Program-made: the position numbers and the translations under genes
DNA from: an uncultured Solirubrobacteraceae bacterium
GTDB lineage: Bacteria > Actinomycetota > Thermoleophilia > Solirubrobacterales > Solirubrobacteraceae
NCBI GenBank assembly: GCA_963715385.1
Contig: OY970237.1
Location: forward strand, 2,334,610-2,398,609
Length of the DNA stretch: 64,000 nucleotides
Reading direction: 5' to 3'
The notes under the pieces: model-generated
The model's input: only the letters and a program-made list of their open reading frames with translations
Databases searched by the model: none
What the model was told of the DNA's origin: nothing
In this document: piece by piece, positions 17,963 through 28,691 of the stretch
Position numbering within the stretch: the stretch's first letter is position 1
Layout of the letters: every line of letters begins with the position of its first letter

Positions 17963-18652
17963 ATGCCAGATCTCGAGTTCCCCACCAGCGCCGGTCCCGC
18001 GCCCGGCTACCTCGCGGCGCCGGCCGGCGAGCAGGGGCCGGCCACGATCGTCCTGCAGGAGTGGTGGGGCGTGGAAGATCACGTCCGCTCCGTCTGCGAC
18101 CGCTTGGCGGCCGAGGGCTTCTTCGCGCTGGCCCCCGACCTGTTCGAAGGCGAGACGACCACGCAGCCGAGCGAGGCCGAACAGAAGATGATGGCGCTGA
18201 ACATGGAGAAGGTCGAGCAGCAGATGTGCGGCGCCGCGGAGTTCCTCGCCTCCCAACCGGGTTTTCAGGGCACGGGCGTCGGATCGGTTGGCTTCTGCCT
18301 TGGTGGCGGACTGTCCGTGTGGGCCGCGGCCAACTGCCCGCGGGTCACGGCGGCCGTCAGCTATTACTACGTGATGCCGCACGGCAAGCCGAGCTTCGCC
18401 GCAGTCAAAGGCCCGGTGCTCGGGCATTTCGGGACGGCCGATGAATTCATCTCACAGGAGCAGGCGCAGGCACTCGAGACCGAGTTGCGCCAAGCGGGCG
18501 TGGATACCACCTTTCACTACTACGACGGCGCCGGACACGCCTTCTTCAACGACACCAACCGCCTGGGGACATACGACCTGGCGGCCGCCCAGAGCTCGTG
18601 GGAGCGCACTGTCAGCTTCCTGCGGGGCGCGCTGACGCCGTCCGCCACCTGA
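17963..18652 (+). CDS. Dienelactone hydrolase family protein
   Basis: QEWWG, GFCLGG nucleophile Cys, GAGHAF; AAGGAG RBS. Confidence 0.9.
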   Translation: MPDLEFPTSAGPAPGYLAAPAGEQGPATIVLQEWWGVEDHVRSVCDRLAAEGFFALAPDLFEGETTTQPSEAEQKMMALNMEKVEQQMCGAAEFLASQPGFQGTGVGSVGFCLGGGLSVWAAANCPRVTAAVSYYYVMPHGKPSFAAVKGPVLGHFGTADEFISQEQAQALETELRQAGVDTTFHYYDGAGHAFFNDTNRLGTYDLAAAQSSWERTVSFLRGALTPSAT

Positions 18653-18675
18653 GCGCCGCGGCACTCCACCGGATC

Positions 18676-20055
18676 GTGTCGAGGCTACGGCCGCTGCTGG
18701 CGGCGCTGGTGCTCCTGCCGGCGGCCGGCATGAGCGCGACGGGCGCGACGGGCGCGACGGGCGCGAGCGCTCAGGCGCAGTGGTCGGCGCCCGCGACTCT
18801 CAACAAGTGCCCGGTGGCCGGAGCCGCACAGGCCGTGTTCCCGAAGGACAGTCCCACGCACGCGACCGGGCGCGGGGCGGTCGTGTGGAGCACGAGCAGC
18901 CGGTGCCCCGCGGGCGAAGCCACGCTGACGGCCGCGATCGGCGCGAACGATGTCCCCCGGCCGGGCGCCTATGCCCTCGCTCCCGGCGGGCGCAAGCTCG
19001 AGCTGCGCGCTCCGCTCGCCGCGACGGGCGCTCCGCACGGACAGCTGGCGATCGCCGGCTCGCAGGCGCCGGGCGGGCGGGGCGGGACGGTTCTACAGGG
19101 GTCCTCTGGCGGCCCCTTCTCGACGCTTGCGAGGACCGCGGGGGTGGCGTCCGCGGGGGCGCTTGCGACCGGCTACCTGGGGGACGTCGGCGTCGCGTCT
19201 CCGGTGAGCGGGCGCGGCGGCTTGCAGGTACGCATCGAGCGCTACTTCGCACATGACTTCTCCGCTCCGCTGACGGTCGCCGCGGCGGCGCCGGGCCCGG
19301 TGCGGGCGCTCACGCTCGCCATGGACTACCGCACGGACACGATCGCGGTGTGGCAACAGGCCGGCGCGATCTACGCTCGCGACCTGCCGGCATCCGGAAC
19401 CCCGCATGCGACCCAGCGGCTCGCGGCGGCCGCGAGCGTTCGGCACATCTCTGCGCTGATCAGCGACAACAACCGCGCGATCGTCGTGTGGGCGCAGGAG
19501 CAGGGCTCGCAGACGAGCGTGTACCTGGATCAGTCGGCGACGGGTGTCGTGTTCGGAAAGCCGCGCCTGCTCGAGCGCTTCGCCAACCCGGGCGGCCTGC
19601 ACTCGCCCGCCGCCTCGCCGCGGCTCGTGCGGCTGAGCTCTGAGAGCGTGATGCTGGCGTGGAGCGGGGCAGAGCACGACCGCTGGGTGCTGCGCACGGC
19701 GCCGATCGACCTCCGCGGCCTGCAGGCCGTGAGCACGATCTCCGCGCCGGGCGGCGACGCGCTGCTGGCCGACCTCGAGCCCGGCCCGGACGGCGAGGCG
19801 CTGGCCCTGTGGAGCGAGCCGCAGCGGACAGCCGACGGTTTGCTGCAGCCTTCCCGCCAGGCGATCTATGCGGCGCGCGGAATCGACGCGGCTCCGGGAA
19901 GGACGATCTTCTCGAGGCCCGAGCAGATCGCCGCGCCGGGACCGAACAGCGACGCGACGGTCGCATTCGACCCTGCCAGCGACCGTGCGCTTGCACTCTG
20001 GCGCGGCTCGGACGGGACACTCCAGTACGCCGTCCGCAGCCCCTCGGCTCCGTGA
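18676..20055 (+). CDS. Secreted hypothetical protein
   Basis: Signal-like RLRPLLAALVLLPAA; repeated beta-rich AVVW/IAVW/ALW units. Confidence 0.6.
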   Translation: MSRLRPLLAALVLLPAAGMSATGATGATGASAQAQWSAPATLNKCPVAGAAQAVFPKDSPTHATGRGAVVWSTSSRCPAGEATLTAAIGANDVPRPGAYALAPGGRKLELRAPLAATGAPHGQLAIAGSQAPGGRGGTVLQGSSGGPFSTLARTAGVASAGALATGYLGDVGVASPVSGRGGLQVRIERYFAHDFSAPLTVAAAAPGPVRALTLAMDYRTDTIAVWQQAGAIYARDLPASGTPHATQRLAAAASVRHISALISDNNRAIVVWAQEQGSQTSVYLDQSATGVVFGKPRLLERFANPGGLHSPAASPRLVRLSSESVMLAWSGAEHDRWVLRTAPIDLRGLQAVSTISAPGGDALLADLEPGPDGEALALWSEPQRTADGLLQPSRQAIYAARGIDAAPGRTIFSRPEQIAAPGPNSDATVAFDPASDRALALWRGSDGTLQYAVRSPSAP

Positions 20056-20062
20056 GCGCGCG

Positions 20063-21364
20063 CTACAGGATCTGCTTGTAGATCAGGAACAGGTTCAGGC
20101 AGGTGATCAGCGCCGCGAGCGTCACACCGACGATCGTTGTCGTACGGCGGTTGACGTGCACGCCCATCACGTCGCTACGCATCGTCAGCATCACGAGCGG
20201 GATCAGGGCCATCGGGATGCCGAACGACAGCACGACCTGACTGAGCACGAGCGCGCTGGTGGGGTCGACGCCGATCGCCAGCACGATCAAGGCCGGCACC
20301 ATCGTCACCGCGCGGCGCATCAGCACGGAGATCTTCACGTTGATGAAGCCGCTCATGACGACCTGCCCGGCGTAGGTGCCGACGCTCGAGGAGGACAGGC
20401 CGGAGGCGAGCAGCGCGACGGCGAAGGCGAGCGCGGCGAGCCCGCCAACCTGATTGCCGAAGCCGTGGTAGGCCTGTTGCACGCTCTCGACTTCGGCGTG
20501 GCCGCTGGAGTGGAACAGCTTGGCCGCGACGGCGAGCATCGCCATGTTGACCAGTCCGGCGATGCTGAGCGCGATGATGATGTCCAGGCGCTCGAAGCGC
20601 AGCACGCGCGAGCGCTCCGCGTTGTCGCGGCAGCGAACGCGGTTCTTGGTCAGCGCCGAGTGCAGGTAGATCGCGTGCGGCATGACGGTCGCGCCGATGA
20701 TGCCGACGGCCACGTACACGGCGTCGGTGTTCGTCAGGTGCGGAACGAGCCCGCTGATCGAGCCCTGTACGGACGGCCCGATCTTCAGCGTCTGATAGAG
20801 GAAGCCGAGCAGGATGATCCCCAGCAGCCCCGTGATCGCCAGCTCGAAGCGGCGAAAGCCACGGGTCTGCAACTCGAGGATCGCGAAGGCGACGATGCCC
20901 GTGATGACGCCAGCCCACAGCAGCGGCACTCCGAACAGCAGGTTCAGACCAAGGGCGGCGCCGACGAACTCGGCGATGTCGGTGGACATCGCCGTGATCT
21001 CCGCCTGCACCCACATGACCCGGCTGGCCGAGCGCGGGTAGTGCTCGCGAAACAGCTCCGGGAACGTCCGATCGGTGGCGATGCCGACCTTCGCCGACAG
21101 GTACTGGATCAGCATCGCCATCAGGTTCGCCGCCAGCACGACCCACAACAGCAGATAGCCGAACTTGGAGCCGCCGGAGATGTTGGTCGCGAAGTTGCCG
21201 GGATCGACGTAGGCGATCGCCGCCACGAAGGCGGGGCCGAGCATCGTCAGAGTCGCGCGCAGCTTGCCCCTGGAGAGCAGGATCTCCAGGTGGCTGGGAC
21301 CGAGGGCGATCGACGGCGCGGCGCCTGCGCCCTCGAGCACCGGCGAGGGCGGGACGGGCGTCAA
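20063..21364 (-). CDS. mntH: Nramp family Mn2+/Fe2+ transporter
   Basis: YVDPGN, GATVMPH, TYAGQ, SQVVLS. Confidence 0.93.
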   Translation of the reverse strand: MTPVPPSPVLEGAGAAPSIALGPSHLEILLSRGKLRATLTMLGPAFVAAIAYVDPGNFATNISGGSKFGYLLLWVVLAANLMAMLIQYLSAKVGIATDRTFPELFREHYPRSASRVMWVQAEITAMSTDIAEFVGAALGLNLLFGVPLLWAGVITGIVAFAILELQTRGFRRFELAITGLLGIILLGFLYQTLKIGPSVQGSISGLVPHLTNTDAVYVAVGIIGATVMPHAIYLHSALTKNRVRCRDNAERSRVLRFERLDIIIALSIAGLVNMAMLAVAAKLFHSSGHAEVESVQQAYHGFGNQVGGLAALAFAVALLASGLSSSSVGTYAGQVVMSGFINVKISVLMRRAVTMVPALIVLAIGVDPTSALVLSQVVLSFGIPMALIPLVMLTMRSDVMGVHVNRRTTTIVGVTLAALITCLNLFLIYKQIL

Positions 21365-22155
21365 GCCGAGACCTCCGCGGTGCGATCGGTCCCTTCGGGC
21401 TGCTCCGCCCGCTCGGCGAGCTCCCCCGCGATCCGCTCCTCGCGGCGGGCTGTGCCGCCCTTCTCCGTATAGCCGGAATCGAGCTGCACGCGCATCGCGC
21501 GGGCCAGTCGCCCACCGATCGCGTGCTCGGACTCGCCGCCCGCGAAGCTCACGAGCAGCGGGCCGCCGAAGGGCTGGCGCTCGCGCACGTGCAGGCGATC
21601 TCCAGGGGAGATGCCACGCTCGGAGAGGTACCTGAGCATCTCCGGATCGGCGTCTGAGACGCGCACGAACACTCCCCCGTCGCCCTCGCCGAGGCGCTCC
21701 AGGGGCAGCGTTTCGGGCTCGTTGAGCTCCAACTCGGCGCTCGGGATCGGGTCGCCGTGGGGGTCGAGGGTCGGGTCGCCGAGCTTGGCGGCGATCAGCC
21801 GCTCGAGATCCTCGGAGATCACGTGCTCGAGCACCTCCGCCTCGTCGTGAACGCGGTCCCAGGGCATCTCCAGCGCCTCGGCCAGGAACAGCTCGAGCAG
21901 CCGGTGGTGGCGAATCACCTCGAGCGCGACCTTGCGCCCCTCGGGGGTCAGGCGCACGCCGCGATAGGGGTGGTGCTCGATCAGCCCCAACTCTCCGAGC
22001 CGCTTGAGCATCGCCGAGACCGAGCCCGGCGTGATCCCCAACCGCTCGGCCAGCGGATTCGTGGCGACCGGTTCGTCGGTCCTCGATTCGAGCGTGAAGA
22101 TCGCCTTGCAGTAGTCCTCCACGGCGGGCGATCTGGAGATCTCTCTTGCGGCCAT
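21361..22155 (-). CDS. mntR: DtxR/MntR family metalloregulator with FeoA-like domain
   Basis: EDYCKAI, RHHRLLELFL, EVLEH, DPHGDPIP. Confidence 0.9.
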   Translation of the reverse strand: MAAREISRSPAVEDYCKAIFTLESRTDEPVATNPLAERLGITPGSVSAMLKRLGELGLIEHHPYRGVRLTPEGRKVALEVIRHHRLLELFLAEALEMPWDRVHDEAEVLEHVISEDLERLIAAKLGDPTLDPHGDPIPSAELELNEPETLPLERLGEGDGGVFVRVSDADPEMLRYLSERGISPGDRLHVRERQPFGGPLLVSFAGGESEHAIGGRLARAMRVQLDSGYTEKGGTARREERIAGELAERAEQPEGTDRTAEVSA

Positions 22156-22161
22156 GGACTT

Positions 22162-22190
22162 ATATTATGGCATGCCAAGTTTTTCGTCAA
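22162..22190 (-). promoter_or_regulatory. Leaderless-type promoter TTGACG-N17-TAATAT containing palindrome TGGCATGCCA
   Basis: -10 ends 6 nt before mntR ATG; palindrome at 22168-22177 in the spacer. Confidence 0.55.
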
Positions 22191-22241
22191 GGGCAGGCTG
22201 GACTTCCATCGAGAAGGCCTTTAGGACAGGATGCAGCACGG

Positions 22242-22970
22242 ATGGACCGGGATTACGAGCTGCAGACGCACCGCGCCGAGGATCGCCATTGGTGGTATCG
22301 AGGGCGAAGAAGCGTTCTCGAGCGTGTCGTCGCAGATATGCGGCTACCCGCGGGCGCGCGGATTCTCGACGCCGGTTGTGGCAGCGGGCGCAACATGGTC
22401 GAGTTCGCCCGTCACGGCGCCGTCACCGGCATCGAGCTGTCGGAGACGAGCGTCTGTCTGGCACGCGCGCGCAAAGCCGGCGAGGTGGTCGAAGGGTCGG
22501 TCCTGGAGATGCCCTTTGGCGACGGTGGCTTCGAGCTGGCGGCCTCGCTCGACGTGATCGAGCACCTCGAGGACGACCTCGGCGCGCTGCGCGAGCTGCG
22601 CCGGGTGGTCGCGCCGGGCGGCGCGCTGCTGGTGACGGTGCCCGCCTACCAGTGGCTGTGGAGCGGTCACGACGAGATCAACCACCACCACCGCCGCTAC
22701 ACGCGCCGCTCGCTGCAGCAGATCGGCGAGCAGGCCGGCTGGAGGCAGGTGCGCACCACCTACTTCAACTCGCTGCTGTTGCCGGCGGCGATCCTGCTGC
22801 GCGTGCTCGACCGCTTCAGCCGCAAGACGACCGAGTCGAGCCTCGATCTGTGGGTGCCACCGGCGCCGCTGAACTGGCTGCTGGAGCGCCCACTGGCGCT
22901 CGAGGCGGCGCTGATCGGGCGTGGCGGACGAATCCCCGCCGGCCTGTCGTTGCTCGCCGTGTTCCGCTGA
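22242..22970 (+). CDS. Class I SAM-dependent methyltransferase
   Basis: HWWY, LDAGCGSG, DVIEH, VPA..WLWS.HD. Confidence 0.85.
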   Translation: MDRDYELQTHRAEDRHWWYRGRRSVLERVVADMRLPAGARILDAGCGSGRNMVEFARHGAVTGIELSETSVCLARARKAGEVVEGSVLEMPFGDGGFELAASLDVIEHLEDDLGALRELRRVVAPGGALLVTVPAYQWLWSGHDEINHHHRRYTRRSLQQIGEQAGWRQVRTTYFNSLLLPAAILLRVLDRFSRKTTESSLDLWVPPAPLNWLLERPLALEAALIGRGGRIPAGLSLLAVFR

Positions 22971-23044
22971 GACCCGGATTCGATCGTTTGATGAGGCCCC
23001 TTCGGGGCGGCGTGCGTTCGCGGCTCCCGCGCCCCCGGCTCGGC

Positions 23045-23524
23045 TCAACCGTCGGCGTCGGCGGCTGCCACGCGCGGGTGCATGCGGAAGGTCCAGGCGC
23101 GGTTGACGAAGAACGTCAGCACGGTGACGATCGCCGTCGCGAAGGCCTGCGCGAGCAGCTTGTCGAGGCCGGCGTCGTCGACGAACAGGTACAGCAGCGC
23201 CTCGTTGAGTCCCAGCCCGCAGCCCTGCACGACCCCCCAGCGCACCGGCGTGAGCGCGTCGCCGACGTGTCCGCGGAAGGTCCAGCGGCGGTTCAGCAGG
23301 AACCCGTTTACCGCGCCGGCGATGAAGCCGATCGCGGATGCCGCCAGGTACCAGACGCCGAAACCCTTCAACAGCAGCGTGTAGACGGCGAAGGTGATCA
23401 GCGTGTTGGAGATGCCGACGGTCCCGAACTTCAGGAACTGCACGAGCAGGGGCGCGCTCAGCCGCCGCGCCGGTCTCGGTAGGCTGGAGGGCGGTTCGTG
23501 GGGTGCGTCGCGCTCGGAAGGCAT
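23045..23524 (-). CDS. GtrA family membrane protein
   Basis: QFLKFGTVG, four TMs, NRRWTF and NRAWTF. Confidence 0.85.
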   Translation of the reverse strand: MPSERDAPHEPPSSLPRPARRLSAPLLVQFLKFGTVGISNTLITFAVYTLLLKGFGVWYLAASAIGFIAGAVNGFLLNRRWTFRGHVGDALTPVRWGVVQGCGLGLNEALLYLFVDDAGLDKLLAQAFATAIVTVLTFFVNRAWTFRMHPRVAAADADG

Positions 23525-23620
23525 CCCCAGACAGGATGAACGATAAATTCATCGGGGGCTTAAGCCCGCGTTGCAAGATCAGCATCTGGTGAAACCTCGA
23601 TCATGCGCCTCGGGTAATAC

Positions 23621-24647
23621 GTGAACATGCCGGACACACCGCTTCGCACCCCCAAGCTGCTCAGCATCGTGGCGCCCGTCTACGACGAGCAGGAGCTGAT
23701 CGGGGACTTCGTCGCGCGCGCCTGCGCGGCCGCGGCCGACTACGACTTCGAGCTGGTCCTGGTCAACGACGGCAGCTCAGACCGCACGCCCGAGCTGCTC
23801 GACCGGATCGCGGACTCCGACCCGCGCGTGCGCGTGATCCACCTGTCGCGCAACTTCGGCCACCAGGCGGCGCTGACGGCGGGCCTGGAGCACGCGAGCG
23901 GCGATGTGGTGGCGATGATCGACGCCGACCTGCAGGACCCGCCGGAGCTGATCGCGGACATGATCGCGCAGTGGAGCCAGGGCGCGGACGTCGTCTATGC
24001 GGTGCGCAAGCAGCGCGAGGGCGAGACCGCCTTCAAGCTGGCGACGGCATCGTGGTTCTACAAGCTGTTCGACAAGCTCGCGCAGGTCGATCTCGAGCCG
24101 AACTCCGGCGACTTCCGCCTGCTCGACCGGCGCGCGCTGGACGCGCTGCTGGCGATGACCGAGCGCTCGCGCTTCCTGCGCGGCATGACCGTGTGGGTGG
24201 GCTTCAACCAGACTGCCGTCTCCTACGAGCGCGAGGCGCGTAACGCGGGCGAGACCAAGTACACGCTGCGCAAGATGCTGCGCTTCTCGCTCGATGCGAT
24301 CGCGTCGTTCTCGCACCTGCCGCTGCAGCTGGCGACGTGGGTGGGACTGCTGTCGGCGAGCGTGGCGTTCATCGCGATCCCCGTGGTGATCGTGCTGCGG
24401 ATCTTCGACTCCTACCTGCCGGGCTTCGGCTCGATCACGATCGCGATCCTGCTTGCTGGGCGGCATCCAACTGATCGCGCTGGGCGTGATCGGGGAGTAC
24501 GTGGGGCGCATCTACGACGAGGTCAAGCACCGTCCGCTTTACATCGTGCGCGAGGAGCGCAACCGGCCAGCGCCCTCCGCGGGACCGCAGGCGACGCCGC
24601 TCACACGCGCGGGCCTCGCCGCGAGGGCGCCCGAGCGGGTTGGATAG
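23621..24647 (+). pseudogene. GT2 polyprenyl-phosphate glycosyltransferase (GtrB/ArnC-like), +1 frameshift near 24453
   Basis: VNDGSSD, SRNFGHQ, DADLQDPP; C-terminus [29 protein letters not shown] is in the next frame. Confidence 0.8.
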
Positions 24648-24750
24648 GGCCGGCGGCGCCCCCACGCCTGCCGGGCTGCGAGAAGCGGCGGCGCTCGGCC
24701 GCGGGCGAAACACCGCTCCGCCGGGCGCGGCGAGGTGTTCCGATCGGGCA

Positions 24751-27041
24751 ATGACGCTTGCTCGCCCTCGCCGGCTGATCGCCGCGCTGCTCGGTTGCGC
24801 GCTGCTGACGCTCGGCCTCGCCTGCGCATGGGCTGCGGTGGGCGTCGCGCGCGCTTCGGCAGAGGCATGTCCTGGGTCGGGGAGCGCCCCGTGCCCGTAT
24901 GCGTCGGCGCAGATCATCGGCCAGCGCGCCGAGGGCGTGCTGCGCTTTCCCGAGGCCGTCGCCTTGGACGCCCAGGGCAACGTCTACGTAGCCGACCAGC
25001 TTGGCTATGTCGTGCAGAAGTTCACCGACACCGGCGTCTTCGAGACCGAGTGGGGCTCCTACGGCGGCGGGCACGGCCAGTTCGGGCCGATCGGCGGGAT
25101 CGCGACCGACGCCGCCAGCAACGTGTACGTGGTCGACTCGAGCCACAACCGGATCGAGAAGTTCGACACCAACGGCGCCTTCATCACGCAGTGGGGACAC
25201 AAGGGCGACGAGCTTGGCCAGTTCAGCTTCGGCTCCTCCCAGGACTACACCAAGCCACCGGGCGGCGGGATCGCGGTCTCCGGAAACTACGTGTACGTCG
25301 CCGACTCCGGCAACAACCGCATCCAGCGCTTCAACCTCGAAGGCGGCGAAGCGATGGCGTGGGGCACGAAGGGCTCTGGCCCCGGGCAGTTCCGCTACCC
25401 GCGCGGCGTCGCGGCGAACGCGACGCGAGGTGCTCGTCGCCGACGACGACAACCACCGCATCGAGAAATTCGATCTGGACGGCGCCTACCAGACCGCCGC
25501 GGGCTCGCAGGGCACCGGCCCCGGGCAGTTCGGCTTCCCCTATGGGGTCGCGCTGGACGCGGCCGCGAACGTGTACGTCGCCGATGACCTGAACCACCGT
25601 GTCGTCAAGCTGAGCCCCGAGCTCGGGTTCCTCGGCTCGTGGGGTGGGTACGGCACAAAACCGGGGCAGCTGGCCTTCCCGCGCGCCGTCGCCAGCGACC
25701 CCGCGGGCGACAGTTACGTCGCGAACACCGCCAACGATCGCATCGAGGTGTACAACCCCGAAGGCCGGTTCCTGCGCACGCTTGGGGCCTCGGCGCGCGG
25801 GCTCGGAACGCTGACCGGGCCGCGTGGGGTCGCGGCCGACCCGACCGGCCGGCTGCTCGTCTCCGACACCGTCGGCAGCCGCGTCGAGCTGTTCCTGGCA
25901 GGGAGCAACATCTTCGCCGGCCAGTGGACGAGGGCCGGCGGACACAAGCCAGGCTTCGCCAGGCCCTCGGGGATCGGCGTGGATCCGCGCGGCTCGGTGT
26001 ACGTCGCCGACCAGGGCAACGAACGGGTCGTGCGCCTGTGGGGCGATGGCACGTACTTGTCAGAGCTCGGCGGTCCCGCCAATCTCGGCGGAGCGCAGCT
26101 CAGCGGCGCCGGCTCGGTGGCCGTCGGCGAGCCAGACGGACCGGACGTATGTCGCAGACACGGGCCACAATCGCGTGCTCGTCTACGGAGCCGAAGGGTC
26201 GCTGCTCGCGAAGTGGGGCGCCGGCGACGGCGACGGAGCCGCCAGCGGCGCGGTGGGGGGCTTCAACCATCCGTCGGCGCTCGCCGTGAGCGGGGCGGGC
26301 GGCGGCGAGACCCTGTACGTGGCCGACCGTGGCAACGACCGGATCGTCGAGCTCAACGCAAACGGCAACGTCCTGCGGCTGTGGGGCTCGCACGGGACTG
26401 CCGAGGGGCACTTCCAGGGCCTGGCGGGGATCGCCGTCGACGGGGGCGGCAACGTGTTCGCCCTCGACGGGGAAAACAACCGCGTGCAGGAGTTCGACGC
26501 CGACGGGCACTACCTCGCGAAGTGGGGTATGCGCGGCACCGGGCTCGGGCAGTTCTCCCAGCCCGCGGCGGTGACCGTGGACTGTGCCGGCGATGTGTAC
26601 GTGGCCGACACGAACAACAACCGCGTCGAGCGCTTCGACCTCGTCTCCCCCGCCCCCACCGGGTGCCTCGCGGCGGGCGCCTGGCCGCCTCCGCTCGACG
26701 TCGCCCCGGTGCTGCGCGTGAGCCTGCCGCGGCGCTCGGGAGTGCTGGCACGGCGCGCGCTGGCGATGACCGTGAGCTGCCAGCGGGGCTGCAAGGTGCT
26801 TGTCACCGCCACGCTCTCCCCCGCCGGGCGCCGTGGCTCGGTCAAGCTGATCGCCGTCGCGCGCCCGCTGCCGCGCGCGCTCGCCGGGCACGTGCGCCTG
26901 CGTGTGGGGGCGCTCGCCCTGCGACGCCTGCGCAGCGCGCTCGGCAAGCACCGGGCGATGACCGCGCGCGTGCGGATCCTCGCCGCCGGGCCGACCGGGC
27001 GGCGGACGACGGCGACGCGCACGTACTCGGTAGCGCGATAA
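24751..27041 (+). pseudogene. Secreted NHL-repeat beta-propeller protein, +1 frameshifts at about 25426 and 26126
   Basis: Signal peptide; P.G.A.D..GNVYVAD..N.R repeats continue across three frames. Confidence 0.8.
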
Positions 27042-27048
27042 TGCCCGT

Positions 27049-27342
27049 ATGAGCACCGAGGAGCGTGAGGGCAAGGATCAGCAGAGCATGGATCACCGGC
27101 GCGAACGCGTGCGGATCGAGACCGAGCGCCATCGCATCGAGGGCTTTCTGACGCTCGCGCGCGACGGCTACCGCAGCCGGGTCTCCGACGTGCTGAACGC
27201 CTCCGAGCGCGACTTCTTGACCCTCACGGAGGTGACGGTCGCGCCGCTGGAGGGCGGACCGGTCGAACTGCATCCGTATTTGACGGTCGCCCGGCGGCAC
27301 ATCGTCTTCGCAGTCGCCGCCGCCGAGACGCCTGAGGACTGA
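27049..27342 (+). CDS. Small hypothetical protein (DUF6812-like)
   Basis: RHRIEG.L......R.SD.LN...DFL.LT pattern. Confidence 0.6.
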   Translation: MSTEEREGKDQQSMDHRRERVRIETERHRIEGFLTLARDGYRSRVSDVLNASERDFLTLTEVTVAPLEGGPVELHPYLTVARRHIVFAVAAAETPED

Positions 27343-27443
27343 GGCGCGCGGGAGATTGCCCGCTCGCAAGCGGCGCGCCGGGCCCGGTCCTCCTCACAGC
27401 CTCGATCGCGCCGCGGCAGCCGACGCGCCACGGACGTCCGCCC

Positions 27444-28691
27444 GCCCTCAGCCCACCACAAAGCCGACGGCGCTCGAGACCGTGCCCGTCGGAGCCGTGG
27501 TGTTGGTCACGGTGATCGCTCCGGTGCCCGCTCCGGCGGGGACGGCGGCCTTCAGCTTGCTCTGGGAGATAAAGCTCACGCTCGTGGCGGGGACGCCGTT
27601 GAAGGCGACGCTCGAGCTGTTGGTGAAGCCGACTCCCTTGATCGTCACGAGCTTGCCGGGGACGCCGTGTTTGGGGCTGAAGGCGGTGATCGAGAGGGTC
27701 GGTGTGAACTTGGCCTGGCTGGTGGCGGCTCCGCCCGGGGCGCTGATGGCGATCTTGCCGGCCTTGGCCCCGTCGGGCACGATCGCTTCGATCTGCGTGT
27801 TCGACAGCACGGTGAAGCTGGCGGCGAGTTTCCCGAACAGCACGCTGTTCACGCCGCCGAGGGCGCTGCCGTTGATCGTCACCGAGCTGCCCGTTATCCC
27901 CGCAGGCGGCGTGAAGCCGCTCAGCGCGGGCACGTTGGAGACGACCACGGCGCTCTGAGCGGAGACGGTCGGCGGCCCTGAGCCGGAGGCGTTGGCGGCG
28001 CTCTCCTGCACGCGGATCGTCGAGTCCACGTCGGCGGTCGTGAGCGTGTAGGTGGGCCCGGTGGCTCCCGCGATCGGCGAGCAGCTGGAGCCGGAGCTGT
28101 TGCAGTCGGCCCATTGATGGCCGATCGAGGTGGGGCTGTTGCTCCAGGCGCCCTGCGTGAGGCTGAGCGTCTGGCCCTGTTCGGCCAGGCCCGAGATCGT
28201 GGGCGGGGTGCTGTTCGCGGGCGTCCCGGCCGTGGAGAAGGCGCTCAGGCCCAGCGGGCTGCCAACCCCCGTTGGCCCGTCATAGCCGGCGATCGCCTGG
28301 CAGGAGCTGGCGCCCGAGCAGGTGCCGTTGCTGCCTGAGATCACGTCGTAGAGGGCGCTGGGATCGCCGAGGTGGGTGTAGAGGGTGGCGGCTGGATAGG
28401 CGACCGCCTGGGCGCCGCCGGAGAGGGCGAACTCGGCGGCGACGATCGGCGAGGCGACCGAGGTGCCTCCCCACACGCCCCAGCCGGTCGGGTTGCCGTT
28501 GCCTTCGGGGGTGCTGTCATAGACGTCGACTCCGGTGTTCGGATCGCCGATCGCCGAGACGTCGGCGACCGAGCGACCGGCGGCGCAGCCGGTGGCTGAG
28601 AAGTTGGGCGTGGCGCTCTGCCAGGCGGGGGCGCTGAAGACGAGGCTGCAGCCGCTGCCGCCTTCGTCCCAGGTGGTGCTGGTCCAGGCTT
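27444..28691. repeat. 1248-bp direct repeat copy 1 (3' half of protease A)
   Basis: Same translations in several frames as 30059-31306 at offset 2615; both breakpoints checked by eye. Confidence 0.9.

Noticed and set aside
24751-27041. Programmed frameshifting in the NHL gene
   Set aside because: No slippery heptamer at either site; same +1 pattern as unrelated genes.
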